A stretch of DNA of 64,000 nucleotides from an uncultured Arcobacter sp. (lineage in GTDB: Bacteria; Campylobacterota; Campylobacteria; Campylobacterales; Arcobacteraceae). Shown here in pieces: positions 41,092 through 56,732 of the stretch (its first letter is position 1; each line of letters starts with the position of its first letter). The stretch spans positions 288,001 to 352,000 of the forward strand of contig OZ223300.1 in assembly GCA_965140705.1 (NCBI GenBank). Direction: 5' to 3'. A program made the position numbers and the translations under genes. The notes beneath the pieces are model-generated. The model was not told the origin of the DNA, ran no database searches, and was given only the letters and a program-made list of their open reading frames with translations.

Positions 41092-41485
41092 TTATTTCCC
41101 TATTGTTCATAAAATAATAGATTATTTTTACTTATTATTGACTTATCTACATTTTTTACACATGTTATGCCCTACTATAGCTAGTCAAAATACAAATTAC
41201 ATATGAACATTTTTAATATTTTCAAATGGCAAATTTAATAATTACATTAATAATGATGTTAATATAATTTTTATTATTAAATATTATACCAATATTTTTT
41301 TAATTATATAGTATATCAAATTATCTTCTTTTTAGAAGGTGTGTATTTATATAGATATTTTAATACATATTTTTGACTATTTTACGTAAAGTGCTTATAA
41401 AATCTACTCAAATATTGAAAAATAACATTTAGAATATTAATAAAACAAAATTAATTTAATAGATTAAGTTTTTATAAACTTAACT

Positions 41486-41494
41486 TGATATAAT
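41486..41494 (+). promoter_or_regulatory. Extended -10 promoter for thiC
   Basis: TGaTATAAT ends 28 nt upstream of the thiC ATG. Confidence 0.5.
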
Positions 41495-41513
41495 CAGGGA
41501 AAAATTTAGATAG

Positions 41514-42872
<1,359 letters not shown>

Positions 42873-42881
42873 ATACATTTT

Positions 42882-43094
42882 ATGAAAGTAAAAGTACTTA
42901 GACCTTGTCATTGTATAAAAAGATTTAAGTTTGATGAACTCTTTGAATATGAAGACAAAGAAAAAGCTTTTAAAAAAGCAGAAGAGATAGTTGAAACTAT
43001 GGCAACAAAGAGTTGCCATACCCATGAATTTTTGATTATTGAAAAAGATGATGTTTTTGAAATATCTAGCAAAATTAATTATAAATCATGGTAA
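42882..43094 (+). CDS. Small hypothetical protein with CxC and CxxH motifs
   Basis: 70 aa, starts 9 nt after thiC; PCHC and SCHTHEF. Confidence 0.6.
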   Translation: MKVKVLRPCHCIKRFKFDELFEYEDKEKAFKKAEEIVETMATKSCHTHEFLIIEKDDVFEISSKINYKSW

Positions 43095-43181
43095 AATAAT
43101 TATGATTTATAATTAAGATAAAAATTATCCTATTTTCTCTATAATGCGAAAAAATTGAATAATAAGTTTAAGGAAGTATTG

Positions 43182-44297
43182 ATGGCAAATGTAGCTGAAA
43201 TAAAAAAAGAATTAGAAAAAGTAATTTATCCAGGTTTTACAAAATCAATTGTTGAGTTTGGATTTTTGAAAAATGTTGAAGTAAATGGTGACGCTGTAAG
43301 TATACTTGTAGAAATAACTTCAAGTGTTCAAGAAGTAGAACATGAATTAAGAACTAATATTAAAAAAGTATTAGAAAATATTGGTGTTACAAATTTAGAT
43401 TTACAAGTGAAAAAACCAGAAACTCCTAAACAAACAAGTAATAGTGTGAGTGGAAAAAATATTGCACCACAAATTAAAAACTTTGTAATGGTATCTTCAG
43501 GAAAAGGTGGAGTTGGAAAATCAACTACAACTGTTAACTTAGCAGTAGCTGCTGCGATGCAAGGTAAAAGAGTTGGTATTTTAGATGCTGATATTTATGG
43601 ACCAAATATTCCACGAATGTTCGGATTACAAGGTAAAGAAGTTGAAGTAATAGGGAATAAAGCAAAACCATTCCATGCATATGGTGTTGACGTTATGTCT
43701 ATGGGATCACTTATGGAAGAGGGACAAGCTCTTATTTGGAGAGGTGCTATGATTATGAAAGCAATCCAACAACTTCTAAGAGATATTTTATGGGAAGAGT
43801 TAGATATATTATTTATTGATATGCCTCCTGGAACTGGTGATGCACAATTAACATTGGCTCAAAGTGTTCCTGTAACTTGTGGTGTAAATGTTACAACTCC
43901 TCAACATGTAGCACTTGATGATTCAAGAAGAAGTTTAGATATGTTTAAAAAACTTCATATTCCAGTTGGTGGAATTGTTGAAAATATGAGTGGATTTATT
44001 TGTCCTACATGTAATACAGAATCTGATATTTTTGGTATGGGTACTTGTGAAGCTTTAGCTAAAGAGTATGAAACAACTGTTTTAGGAAATCTTCCAATTG
44101 AACCTGCTATTAGAGAAGGTGGAGATAATGGTAAACCAATTGTTTATTTCCATCCTGAATCAATTTCTGCAAAAAGATATATGAAAGCAGCTGAAACTTT
44201 AATTGAATTTATTGATAATGTAAGTGATAAAGCTGAAAATGCTTCTATTCAACCAACTACACCTCCTGGTGTATCTGCTTGTTCAACAGCAAAATAA
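43182..44297 (+). CDS. mrp: Mrp/NBP35 (ApbC) Fe-S carrier ATPase (start re-called at ATG 43182)
   Basis: SGKGGVGKST, DADIYGP, DMPPGTGD, VENMS, CPTC; AGGAAG RBS before ATG 43182. Confidence 0.94.
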   Translation: MANVAEIKKELEKVIYPGFTKSIVEFGFLKNVEVNGDAVSILVEITSSVQEVEHELRTNIKKVLENIGVTNLDLQVKKPETPKQTSNSVSGKNIAPQIKNFVMVSSGKGGVGKSTTTVNLAVAAAMQGKRVGILDADIYGPNIPRMFGLQGKEVEVIGNKAKPFHAYGVDVMSMGSLMEEGQALIWRGAMIMKAIQQLLRDILWEELDILFIDMPPGTGDAQLTLAQSVPVTCGVNVTTPQHVALDDSRRSLDMFKKLHIPVGGIVENMSGFICPTCNTESDIFGMGTCEALAKEYETTVLGNLPIEPAIREGGDNGKPIVYFHPESISAKRYMKAAETLIEFIDNVSDKAENASIQPTTPPGVSACSTAK

Positions 44298-44305
44298 TTA
44301 TTAAA

Positions 44306-44334
44306 AATATTTAGAGGTTTGACCTCTAAATATT
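44306..44334 (+). terminator. Intrinsic terminator after mrp
   Basis: aatatttagaggt-ttg-acctctaaatatt. Confidence 0.7.
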
Positions 44335-44441
44335 CTTCTCAAAATTACCTATTTTATACCATCATAATAAAAAATTAATTAACTTATATCAAATGATTAT
44401 AAATCCTTAGATATAATAAACAAAAAATTATTAGGCTTATT

Positions 44442-45593
44442 ATGAAAAAACACTTAGAAACAAAACTTTCTCATCTACAAGATTTTGCCACAATCCAAGA
44501 TCAGTATGGTGCTTCGCACTTTCCTATATACAATACAGGAACTTTTGATTTAAAAAAACAAGATGGTGAGAAGATATATGATTATACAAGAAGTGATAAT
44601 CCTACAAGAGAAGCTTTAGAAAATCTTTTTACAGAAGTGGAAAATGGAGCAGGATGTGTGTGTACACATACCGGAATCGGAGCAGTATCACTTTTATTTG
44701 AAACAGTTTTAAAAGCAAACTCTCAAGTTCTAGTAGAGTCTGATTGTTATGGAGGAACTTTTAGATTATTAAAGGTTTTTCAAGGTAAATATAATATTAA
44801 AGTGCATTTTGCTGATTTCCTAAGTGAAGCAGAATTGGAAAAAATTCTAAAAAATAATAAAATTGATTTAGTTTTATGTGAATCACCAACAAATCCTGGT
44901 CTTAAAATAATTGATATAGGTATGGTATCTGTTTTAGCAAAAAAATATAATGCGCTTTTTGCCCTTGATAATTCACTAGCAACTTTTATTTCTCAACGAC
45001 CACTTGATATGGGTGCTGATTTTTCACTTTTTTCTACGACTAAATATATCTCAGGACATGGAAGTGTAGTGGCTGGTGCAATTGTTGCAAAAACAAAAGA
45101 ATTGGCTGATGAACTTCACTATTATGCAAATGCCCATGGAAGAAGTCAAAACCCAATGGATGTATTTTTAATAAGCTTAGGAATACCAACCCTTAAAATA
45201 AGAATGAAAGAACATCAAAAAAGTTCTATAATGATTGCTGAATATCTAGAAAAACAAAGTTTTATAAAAGCTGTTATGCATCCAGCTTTAAAATCTCACC
45301 CTCAACATAAATTAGCAACGTATCAAATGGATTATATTCCGGGTGTTTTTTGTGCAGAGTTTATAAATAAGGATTTTGCAGAGAAGTTTATTGAAAATAC
45401 AAAAATTTTTGGAGAAAAATGTTCTTTTGGAAGCCCTGATTCTAGAGTAGAAATTCCTGCAAAAATTTCACATGCTTCATTTTCAAAAGAGGAATTAGCT
45501 GCCATTGGAATAAGTGATGGTACAGTTAGATTCTCTATTGGATTAGAAAATGTTGAAGATTTAATAAAAGATATTGAACAAGCCTTAAAATAG
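44442..45593 (+). CDS. Cys/Met metabolism PLP enzyme (cystathionine beta/gamma-lyase or synthase)
   Basis: YDYTRSDNPTR, YGGT, ESPTNP, DNS, STTKYISGH (PLP Lys), SFG, RFSIGLE. Confidence 0.88.
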   Translation: MKKHLETKLSHLQDFATIQDQYGASHFPIYNTGTFDLKKQDGEKIYDYTRSDNPTREALENLFTEVENGAGCVCTHTGIGAVSLLFETVLKANSQVLVESDCYGGTFRLLKVFQGKYNIKVHFADFLSEAELEKILKNNKIDLVLCESPTNPGLKIIDIGMVSVLAKKYNALFALDNSLATFISQRPLDMGADFSLFSTTKYISGHGSVVAGAIVAKTKELADELHYYANAHGRSQNPMDVFLISLGIPTLKIRMKEHQKSSIMIAEYLEKQSFIKAVMHPALKSHPQHKLATYQMDYIPGVFCAEFINKDFAEKFIENTKIFGEKCSFGSPDSRVEIPAKISHASFSKEELAAIGISDGTVRFSIGLENVEDLIKDIEQALK

Positions 45594-47090
45594 ATGAAGA
45601 ATAGTTTGTTTAAGCCTATAGGTTGTGGTGAAACACTACCACAAAATAATGTTCATGCAGTAAGTGTAAGTATGCCAAAACTCCAAGATGTAATCGATTA
45701 TGAAGAGGGTTTTGGCGAAGGAATGGAGAAAATAAAGTCTGGTTATCCCAGGTTTACTATGCATCCATATTTAAGAATCCTTGCAAAATATATAAAAGAA
45801 AAATATAAAGTAAGTGATTCTTATGAAGTAGTATTACTAAGTTCTCAAAAAGCTGTAGATATTTTAAGTGATAAATATTATATCCATAACAAAATAGAGA
45901 TTGATGAACCCTTTGGGGTTATATTAGTACAAAATGGAACTTGTCAACTTCAAAGAGTATTGATGTTTATCCAACATGTAGGTTACAATTTATCTTCTAG
46001 ATTTGCAGAAGAATATCTATATAATATTGGATTGATAAACGTAAAACATAAAGAAGAGCTAGAAAAAGAAGAGTTTGCTTTTGAGTTAGTAGTTTCAACT
46101 TTAGGAAAAGCTTATAATCAACCAAAAGAAAATATTACCTTAGCTCCATCTGGTATGAATGCAATGTATGGTGTTGTAAAAGGCTTAAAAAATATTCAAA
46201 GAAAAAATGGAAGAGATATTTTAGTTCAACTTGGTTGGTTGTATTTAGATACTATGAATATAGTAAAACACTATTATGAACAATCAAAAGTTTTTTGTGA
46301 TGTGAAAAACTTAGATTTATTGGAAGAGTATTTAAAAGAAAATGGCTTTAAAGTAAGTGCGATAATCACAGAAGTTCCTACAAATCCTCTTTTATTATGT
46401 GTTGATATGAAAAGATTAAACTCTCTTTGCAAAAAATATAATATTCCTTTGGTTGTTGATTCCACATTGGCAACACCATACAATATAGATTTAAATGAAT
46501 ATGCAGATATATATGTGGAGTCTCTTACAAAGTTTGCTTCAGGTAATGCAGATGTTCTAATGGGTGCAATTATTTTAAATCAAAAATCAAAACTATCTCA
46601 TATGAATGTAGAGTTTTTTAAACATTGTGATAAAGCATATATAAAAGATGTTCAAAGAATGGCTTTTGAAATAAAAGATTATGAGAAAAGAGTTAAAAAA
46701 ATTAGTTTAAATACAAAAGCCTTAGTTGACTACTTTAAAAAATGTTCTTATATAGATAAGATATATTATTGTTTAAATGCTGAAAATGAATTTGAGTATA
46801 AACAAATAATGAAAGATGATAATTCATATACAGGTCTTATATCAATAACCTTTAATAAATCATTTGAAACTATATATGATAATTTAAATTTTGCAAAGGG
46901 ACCTAGTCTAGGAACAGAGTTTACACTTCTTATGCCTTATACATATCTTGCACACTATGATTATATAAAAAGTGAAGAAGGTGTAAAATATTTAGATGAG
47001 ATTGGATTACCAAAAGATATCCTTAGAATTTCTGTTGGAAGTGAAAATATAAATGACATAATAGAAGAATTTAAAAGATTAGAGGAATAA
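45594..47090 (+). CDS. Long Cys/Met PLP enzyme, cystathionine gamma-synthase of fungal Str2/Met-7 type
   Basis: HAVSVSMP...YEEG, GYPRF, SGMNA, EVPTNP, SLTKFASG..DV, KGPSLGT.FTL..PY..LAHY, RISVG.E. Confidence 0.8.
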   Translation: MKNSLFKPIGCGETLPQNNVHAVSVSMPKLQDVIDYEEGFGEGMEKIKSGYPRFTMHPYLRILAKYIKEKYKVSDSYEVVLLSSQKAVDILSDKYYIHNKIEIDEPFGVILVQNGTCQLQRVLMFIQHVGYNLSSRFAEEYLYNIGLINVKHKEELEKEEFAFELVVSTLGKAYNQPKENITLAPSGMNAMYGVVKGLKNIQRKNGRDILVQLGWLYLDTMNIVKHYYEQSKVFCDVKNLDLLEEYLKENGFKVSAIITEVPTNPLLLCVDMKRLNSLCKKYNIPLVVDSTLATPYNIDLNEYADIYVESLTKFASGNADVLMGAIILNQKSKLSHMNVEFFKHCDKAYIKDVQRMAFEIKDYEKRVKKISLNTKALVDYFKKCSYIDKIYYCLNAENEFEYKQIMKDDNSYTGLISITFNKSFETIYDNLNFAKGPSLGTEFTLLMPYTYLAHYDYIKSEEGVKYLDEIGLPKDILRISVGSENINDIIEEFKRLEE

Positions 47091-47092
47091 TT

Positions 47093-47440
47093 ATGGATAT
47101 GAATAGAATAAAAGAGTTGATTTTAAAATTCTCAAAAGAAAGAGATTGGGATAAATTTCACAATCCAAAAAATTTAGCAATGGCACTTAGTGTAGAAACG
47201 TCAGAATTAGTTGAGATATTTCAATGGTTAAATGAAGAACAAAGCTTAAAACTAGATAAGTCAAAAAAAGAGCATTTAGAAGAAGAAATTGCAGATATTG
47301 CAGTTTATTTACTAAGAATTTGTTATTCACACAATATAGATTTAGAAAAAGCAATTATTTCTAAAATGAAAAAGAATGAAATAAAATACCCTTTATATGA
47401 TAAAAATGGCGAAAAAATAGAGTATGGTAAAAAAAACTAA
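47093..47440 (+). CDS. MazG-like nucleotide pyrophosphohydrolase
   Basis: ERDW.KFH.PKNLAMAL.VE..EL.E.FQW, EEIAD, KM.KN..KYP. Confidence 0.92.
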   Translation: MDMNRIKELILKFSKERDWDKFHNPKNLAMALSVETSELVEIFQWLNEEQSLKLDKSKKEHLEEEIADIAVYLLRICYSHNIDLEKAIISKMKKNEIKYPLYDKNGEKIEYGKKN

Positions 47441-47490
47441 TGCAAAAAAGAATTTTTTTCAAAATTTAAGCTACAATTAATATGTAGCTC

Positions 47491-47519
47491 TTGACAAAGG
47501 CAAAAAAACCTATTATAAT
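47491..47519 (+). promoter_or_regulatory. rrn sigma70 promoter
   Basis: TTGACA, 17-nt spacer, TATAAT, then a GC-rich discriminator (cccgtcc). Confidence 0.88.
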
Positions 47520-47558
47520 TCCCGTCCAATTTGAGTGACAAACGTCGCGAAGAGTTGA

Positions 47559-47570
47559 TGTTCTTTAACA
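47559..47570 (+). promoter_or_regulatory. boxA-like antitermination element in rrn leader
   Basis: TGTTCTTTAACA versus consensus TGCTCTTTAACA; a weaker copy (TGTTATTTAAAA) lies at about 49635. Confidence 0.65.
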
Positions 47571-47747
47571 AACTACGGTTTAAAGAAGTAAGTAACTTTT
47601 ATAAACCGAATATGATATAAAACAAGAGAATATAAAAATTCTCGTCTATTAAAAAAACAATGAGTAATGTCAGTAAACAATTGCAATTAATTTTCTTAGG
47701 GAAATTAGATAAAAGAGTTAGACACTAGTCAAGATTAAACAAAACAT

Positions 47748-49264
<1,517 letters not shown>

Positions 49265-49371
49265 CAGAGTAATGAGAAGATATTCGTTTATCTTCTCAAG
49301 AAATAAACAATGGGTAAATATCCAATATCATATTCGGTTTGTAAAGGTTATTGAAATAATAGGTGAAGAAT

Positions 49372-49448
49372 GGGCCTATAGCTCAGCTGGCTAGAGCGCT
49401 CGACTGATAATCGTGAGGTCCCAGGTTCAAGTCCTGGTAGGCCCACCA
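49372..49448 (+). tRNA. tRNA-Ile (GAT)
   Basis: GGGCCTA...TAGGCCC-ACCA, anticodon loop CTGATAA, GGTTCAAGTCC. Confidence 0.97.
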
Positions 49449-49470
49449 TGAGAAGAAGATAATCTTTGTT

Positions 49471-49546
49471 GGGGAATTAGCTCAGCTGGGAGAGCGCCTG
49501 CCTTGCACGCAGGAGGTCAGCGGTTCGATCCCGCTATTCTCCACCA
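49471..49546 (+). tRNA. tRNA-Ala (TGC)
   Basis: GGGGAAT...ATTCTCC-ACCA with G3-U70, loop CTTGCAC, GGTTCGATCCC. Confidence 0.97.
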
Positions 49547-49820
49547 ACATTAGCACCTAAACCAAGTAGAACAGAGATAAAAAACTAAATATAAGTCTTA
49601 AATATAAGATTTATATTTGGTTTTCGAATCAAAATGTTATTTAAAAATTTAATGTTAAAGTCTTTAAAATTTTTTCGAATTGGAATAATGAAAGTTATTT
49701 TAATTAAAATAGAAAACAATTTAAACACACAATTACTGTTTTATTAAATATTGTATTTAATAAGATAGTAGCCAAGGAATAATTATCAAAAAGGTAACTA
49801 AAGAGATTTAGTTATACAAA

Positions 49821-52732
<2,912 letters not shown>

Positions 52733-52908
52733 ATATATTTCTTGGTTTACTATCTTATTAAGTACATACTTAATTTGTATGTGTGTAAAGACTTTAACAT
52801 TAACTTCTATCTCAAGATGATATGTTACCTTGGAAAAGTTGTAAACTTTTTTAAGAAACATAAGTTGAGTAAAGAGTGAATATTTACTATTCTTTCTTTA
52901 CTCAACTT

Positions 52909-53024
52909 TGTTGGTGATTATAGAGAAGTGGAAATACCCAGCTCCATTCCGAACCTGGAAGTCAAGCACTTCATCGCTGATAATACTGCAGGGTCCCCTT
53001 GTGGAAACGTAAGTCGTCGCCAAC
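52909..53024 (+). rRNA. rrf: 5S rRNA
   Basis: GTTGGTGA...TCGCCAAC terminal helix and CCATTCCGAACC. Confidence 0.95.
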
Positions 53025-53036
53025 TCTTGAGTTTTT

Positions 53037-53088
53037 AAAGCTTAGCTCTTTATAGATTTTTATCTATCCTGTGCTAAGCTTTTTTTTT
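53037..53088 (+). terminator. rrn terminator
   Basis: aaagcttagc...gctaagcttt stem followed by a poly-T run. Confidence 0.75.
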
Positions 53089-53423
53089 GCACTTTTTTTA
53101 TAGGATATATTTTATTTATTATTTATCTGTGTATAATTATTATCTATAGTATAATCTTTATTATTCTCTATTATTAGCTTATATGCCCTTTTTATTCTTT
53201 TAAATACATATACCTCTGGATTCTCTTTCTTTTCTTTATATAATGCATTTATATTTGTTTATGGTTCTATAATAGTATTGATTTATTTTTATTCTTGTTA
53301 TACAATTAGATTATTAATATAAAGGATATAAAATGTATTTAGATAAAATTGGAATTTTAGTTGGAATAGGTTTGTTGATATTTATGTTCTTAAGTTTTGT
53401 AGTAAAGTATTTTATACGAAAAA

Positions 53424-53442
53424 AAGAGTAGAAACTACTCTT
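53424..53442 (-). terminator. Terminator overlapping the hisIE stop
   Basis: aagagtag-aaa-ctactctt with an A run on its left (U tract on the minus strand). Confidence 0.65.
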
Positions 53443-54118
53443 CTTTTCTTGAATTCTTTTCGTCAATTCCTGACATACCAAATCTTCTAGCTAGTTCTTG
53501 TTTAATTCTATCAGGAGATATATTTTTACTTGCCAATGCAACCATTGTGTGGTAAACTAAATCTGCTGCTTCATAAATCATCTCTTCACTATTGTCATCT
53601 TTAACAGCAAAAGTAAATTCACCTGCTTCTTCGACGATTTTTTTAAGCATAGAGTTTTCTTTTCCATTTAATAGTTTAGATGTATAAGATTTTTTAGGAT
53701 CATCATTTTTTCTATCTTGAATAACATGAAATAAGTTATCTAAAACAGAGTATTTATCAGTTGTATTAATTTTTACTTCACTAATGATTTCATTTGTTTC
53801 TAAATTAGTAAAGAAGCATGACTTTCTACCTGTATGACAAGCTACACCTTCTTGTATAACTTTTATCAAGATAGTATCATTATCGCAATCAAGTAAGATT
53901 TCCACTATTTTTTGTGTATGTCCAGACTCTTCACCTTTTTTCCAAATTCTTTGTTTGCTTCTAGAAAAATAGTGAGCATATTTTGTTGAAAGAGTTAAAG
54001 ACAAAGCTTCTTTATTCATATAAGCTAGCATCAAAACTTCATTTGTTTTAGAATCTTGTGTTATAACTGGAATTAAACCATCCACTTTTTCCCATGCAAT
54101 GTTTTCTATATTATTCAT
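53435..54118 (-). CDS. hisIE: Bifunctional PR-AMP cyclohydrolase / PR-ATP pyrophosphatase
   Basis: [11 protein letters not shown]...[39 protein letters not shown]. Confidence 0.96.
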   Translation of the reverse strand: MNNIENIAWEKVDGLIPVITQDSKTNEVLMLAYMNKEALSLTLSTKYAHYFSRSKQRIWKKGEESGHTQKIVEILLDCDNDTILIKVIQEGVACHTGRKSCFFTNLETNEIISEVKINTTDKYSVLDNLFHVIQDRKNDDPKKSYTSKLLNGKENSMLKKIVEEAGEFTFAVKDDNSEEMIYEAADLVYHTMVALASKNISPDRIKQELARRFGMSGIDEKNSRKEE

Positions 54119-54127
54119 ATTTTTACC

Positions 54128-54433
54128 TTAGAAATTTTTACCTAAATTAATTTTTACACCATCAATAGATCTTTCATCTGTATTTATATTAACTGTACCA
54201 TCTATTTTTATATCATCTTTGTTTTTTTTGGTCAAATTAACTTCTTTATCTATTGGTTTAGTCAATAAGTCCTCTTTTTTTTGATAATCTTTTTTAGTCT
54301 TTAGTTTGGGTTCTATTTTTGGGGTTAATAATTTGATATTATCCAAATTAGTGTTGTTTTTTTGCTCTTTAGCATTTAATAGAATTACAAAACTTAATAT
54401 AATAAAGATTATTTTTAAAAATTTAGTTAACAT
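54128..54433 (-). CDS. Hypothetical exported protein
   Basis: Signal peptide, Lys-rich middle, C-terminal beta-hairpin-like segment ending in Phe. Confidence 0.65.
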   Translation of the reverse strand: MLTKFLKIIFIILSFVILLNAKEQKNNTNLDNIKLLTPKIEPKLKTKKDYQKKEDLLTKPIDKEVNLTKKNKDDIKIDGTVNINTDERSIDGVKINLGKNF

Positions 54434-54447
54434 AGGTACTCAAATAC

Positions 54448-54470
54448 AAAGAGTAGAAAAACTACTCTTT
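54448..54470 (-). terminator. Hairpin after the SPFH gene
   Basis: aaagagtag-aaaaa-ctactcttt. Confidence 0.6.
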
Positions 54471-54476
54471 ATAAAA

Positions 54477-55553
54477 TTATTTACTTATTGAAGAATTTTT
54501 AGCTCTATCTTTAGTATCTACCCAAATATTTGGAGTAGATCCACCAGGAGTTAAGAAGATTTTTGCATCTTTATTAACTTTTAAAGCATCGTTAAATTTG
54601 CCTTGAACTTGAATTTGTTGCATTTTAAGTAGATTTGGAGTTAAAGACTCAGCAATAACTTTATTTGCTGCTGCTTGTGCTTTCGCTTCAATTGTTACAG
54701 CATCTGCTCTACCTTTTGCTTCAATTCTATTTGCTTGAGCATCCCCAGTTGCTTTTGCAGCTCTTTTTTCAGCTTCTTGTTTAGTTCTTTGAACTTCGTA
54801 TTTTACTCTTTCAGATTCTTGATTTGCAATTTGAACTCTTTCAATTTGTTCTTTAATCTTAGGAGGAAGACCAATTTCTCTTAATTGAACTGATACAAGT
54901 GAAACAGGCTTACCATCAAGTTTATTAATATTTGCTCTGATACCATCTTCGATTTTAACAGCTATTTCATTTCTTTTTGTTGGTAATTCTTCAGCTGTAT
55001 ATGTTCCAACAACATTTCTAACTATGTCTCTTACCACTGGATTGATAATTTTTTCTTCCCATGAAAGTCCCCAGTTAGCAATTGTAGTTGGAGCTCCAGA
55101 AGCAGTAAGTCTATATTGAACAGTCAATTCAATAGATACAGGTAATCCTCTTGCATCAAGAATATTAATTGCAGGATTTAATTTAATACCTGAATCATAA
55201 CCGCCCATTTGTTCAACGCTACTATAGTTAATAAGTCTAACTTTTGTATCTATTACAATAACTTTTTGAATAATAGGAAGATAAAGATGAAACCCTGGAT
55301 TTAAAGGTATACTTTCATATTTACCAGCAGTTACTTTAATACCTACTTGTCCTGATTCAATAATTACGAAAGGTCTAAATACAAATAACATTATCACTAC
55401 AATTATAATTGCATAAATGAAACCTGCTTTTTTACCAAAGTTTTTAAAGAATTCAGGAGGCTCAAAAGGAGGTTGATATCCTCCCCCATTAGAGCCCCCA
55501 CCATTGTTTTTGTTTTGTTGTCTATTTTTAAAATAATCATTATCTATTGGCAT
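54477..55553 (-). CDS. SPFH / band 7 / prohibitin family membrane protein
   Basis: N-terminal TM, G.VG, PG.H..LP, Ala/Glu-rich coiled coil. Confidence 0.9.
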   Translation of the reverse strand: MPIDNDYFKNRQQNKNNGGGSNGGGYQPPFEPPEFFKNFGKKAGFIYAIIIVVIMLFVFRPFVIIESGQVGIKVTAGKYESIPLNPGFHLYLPIIQKVIVIDTKVRLINYSSVEQMGGYDSGIKLNPAINILDARGLPVSIELTVQYRLTASGAPTTIANWGLSWEEKIINPVVRDIVRNVVGTYTAEELPTKRNEIAVKIEDGIRANINKLDGKPVSLVSVQLREIGLPPKIKEQIERVQIANQESERVKYEVQRTKQEAEKRAAKATGDAQANRIEAKGRADAVTIEAKAQAAANKVIAESLTPNLLKMQQIQVQGKFNDALKVNKDAKIFLTPGGSTPNIWVDTKDRAKNSSISK

Positions 55554-55601
55554 TAATATCCTTAAATATTTTTAAATTTTTCTGTTCCATTTTTGTGAAA
55601 C

Positions 55602-55635
55602 ACAAAAGATAAAACTACTATGTTTTATCTTTTGT
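55602..55635 (-). terminator. Hairpin after ilvE
   Basis: acaaaagataaaac-tactat-gttttatcttttgt, a 14-bp perfect stem. Confidence 0.6.
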
Positions 55636-55660
55636 ATTTCAACTAAGTAGGAAATTCTAC

Positions 55661-56581
55661 TTAGTTAATATATGTTAAATATTTAACATATTTTTCGTTT
55701 TTACCTTGAACAATGTCAAAATATCCACTTTGAAGCTTTTCTGTTATAGGACCTCTCTCTCCTGCTCCTATAATTCTTGCATCAACTTCTCTAATTGGTG
55801 TTACTTCAACAGCCGTTCCAGTAAAGAATGCTTCATCTGCAATATATATCTCTTCTCTTGATATTCTTCTTCTTTCTACTTTATAACCCAAATCTTGTGC
55901 TAAGTCGATAACAGTCGCTTGTGTAATAGATTCTAAAGAATTATCATTTGGAGGAGTAATAATTACACCATCTCTTACAATAAAGAAACAAGCACCGCTA
56001 GCTTCTGCGATATAACCTTGGTCATCTCTTAAAAGTGCTTCATCATATCCAGCTTCAACTGCTTCATATTTTGCCATTTGAGAGTTTAGATAATTAGCAA
56101 CTGCTTTTGCTTTTCCCATACCTGAAGTATTTGGAGTTCTTGTCATTGATGTTATTTTAACTCTAACACCTTTTTTAAGACCTTCATCACCTAAATATGC
56201 ACCCCATTCCCAAGCAGAAATAGATACATTTACAGGAGCTTCTTTATGGTAAAGTCCCATAACTCCATACCCTAAATAAACCAAAGGTCTAATATATGCA
56301 CCTTCATTTAATTCATTTTTTTGTAATAATTCAACTTGTGCTTTGTTTAACGCATCTTCACTAAATGGCACATCCATTAATGTCATTTTTGAAGAGTTCA
56401 ATAATCTTTTTGTGTGTTCTTTTAATTTGAAAATAGCACATCTACCATCATGTGTTTTATAGGCTTTTGTACCTTCAATTGCACCATTTCCATAGTGTAA
56501 AGTGTGGCTTAATACATGAACTTTTGCATCATGCCAATCAACAAACTTACCATCCATCCAGATGTATTTTGCTTCTGTCAT
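55661..56581 (-). CDS. ilvE: Branched-chain amino acid aminotransferase
   Basis: LHYG...EG.KAY, YIRPL, KAVANYLNS, GYDEAL, DEAFFTGTAVEVTP. Confidence 0.96.
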   Translation of the reverse strand: MTEAKYIWMDGKFVDWHDAKVHVLSHTLHYGNGAIEGTKAYKTHDGRCAIFKLKEHTKRLLNSSKMTLMDVPFSEDALNKAQVELLQKNELNEGAYIRPLVYLGYGVMGLYHKEAPVNVSISAWEWGAYLGDEGLKKGVRVKITSMTRTPNTSGMGKAKAVANYLNSQMAKYEAVEAGYDEALLRDDQGYIAEASGACFFIVRDGVIITPPNDNSLESITQATVIDLAQDLGYKVERRRISREEIYIADEAFFTGTAVEVTPIREVDARIIGAGERGPITEKLQSGYFDIVQGKNEKYVKYLTYIN

Positions 56582-56732
56582 CTGATTTTTCCTATTATAA
56601 ATTTTGATAAATAGTCTATCTAAGTTTTGATTAAATAAAAGTGAATCTATTAGTATAAAAAATATCTATAATATATAATAAGTTTATTTATGATTAAATA
56701 CGGTTTAAAAAATATATATAAACGAGAAGATA

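Noticed and set aside
47093..47440. MazG-like gene as part of an anti-phage or toxin-antitoxin system
   Set aside because: No neighbouring defence or toxin genes; consistent with house-cleaning.
53090..53420. AT-rich low-complexity stretch after the rrn terminator as possible ncRNA or oriC
   Set aside because: No clear hairpin family, DnaA-box cluster or ORF; treated as spacer.
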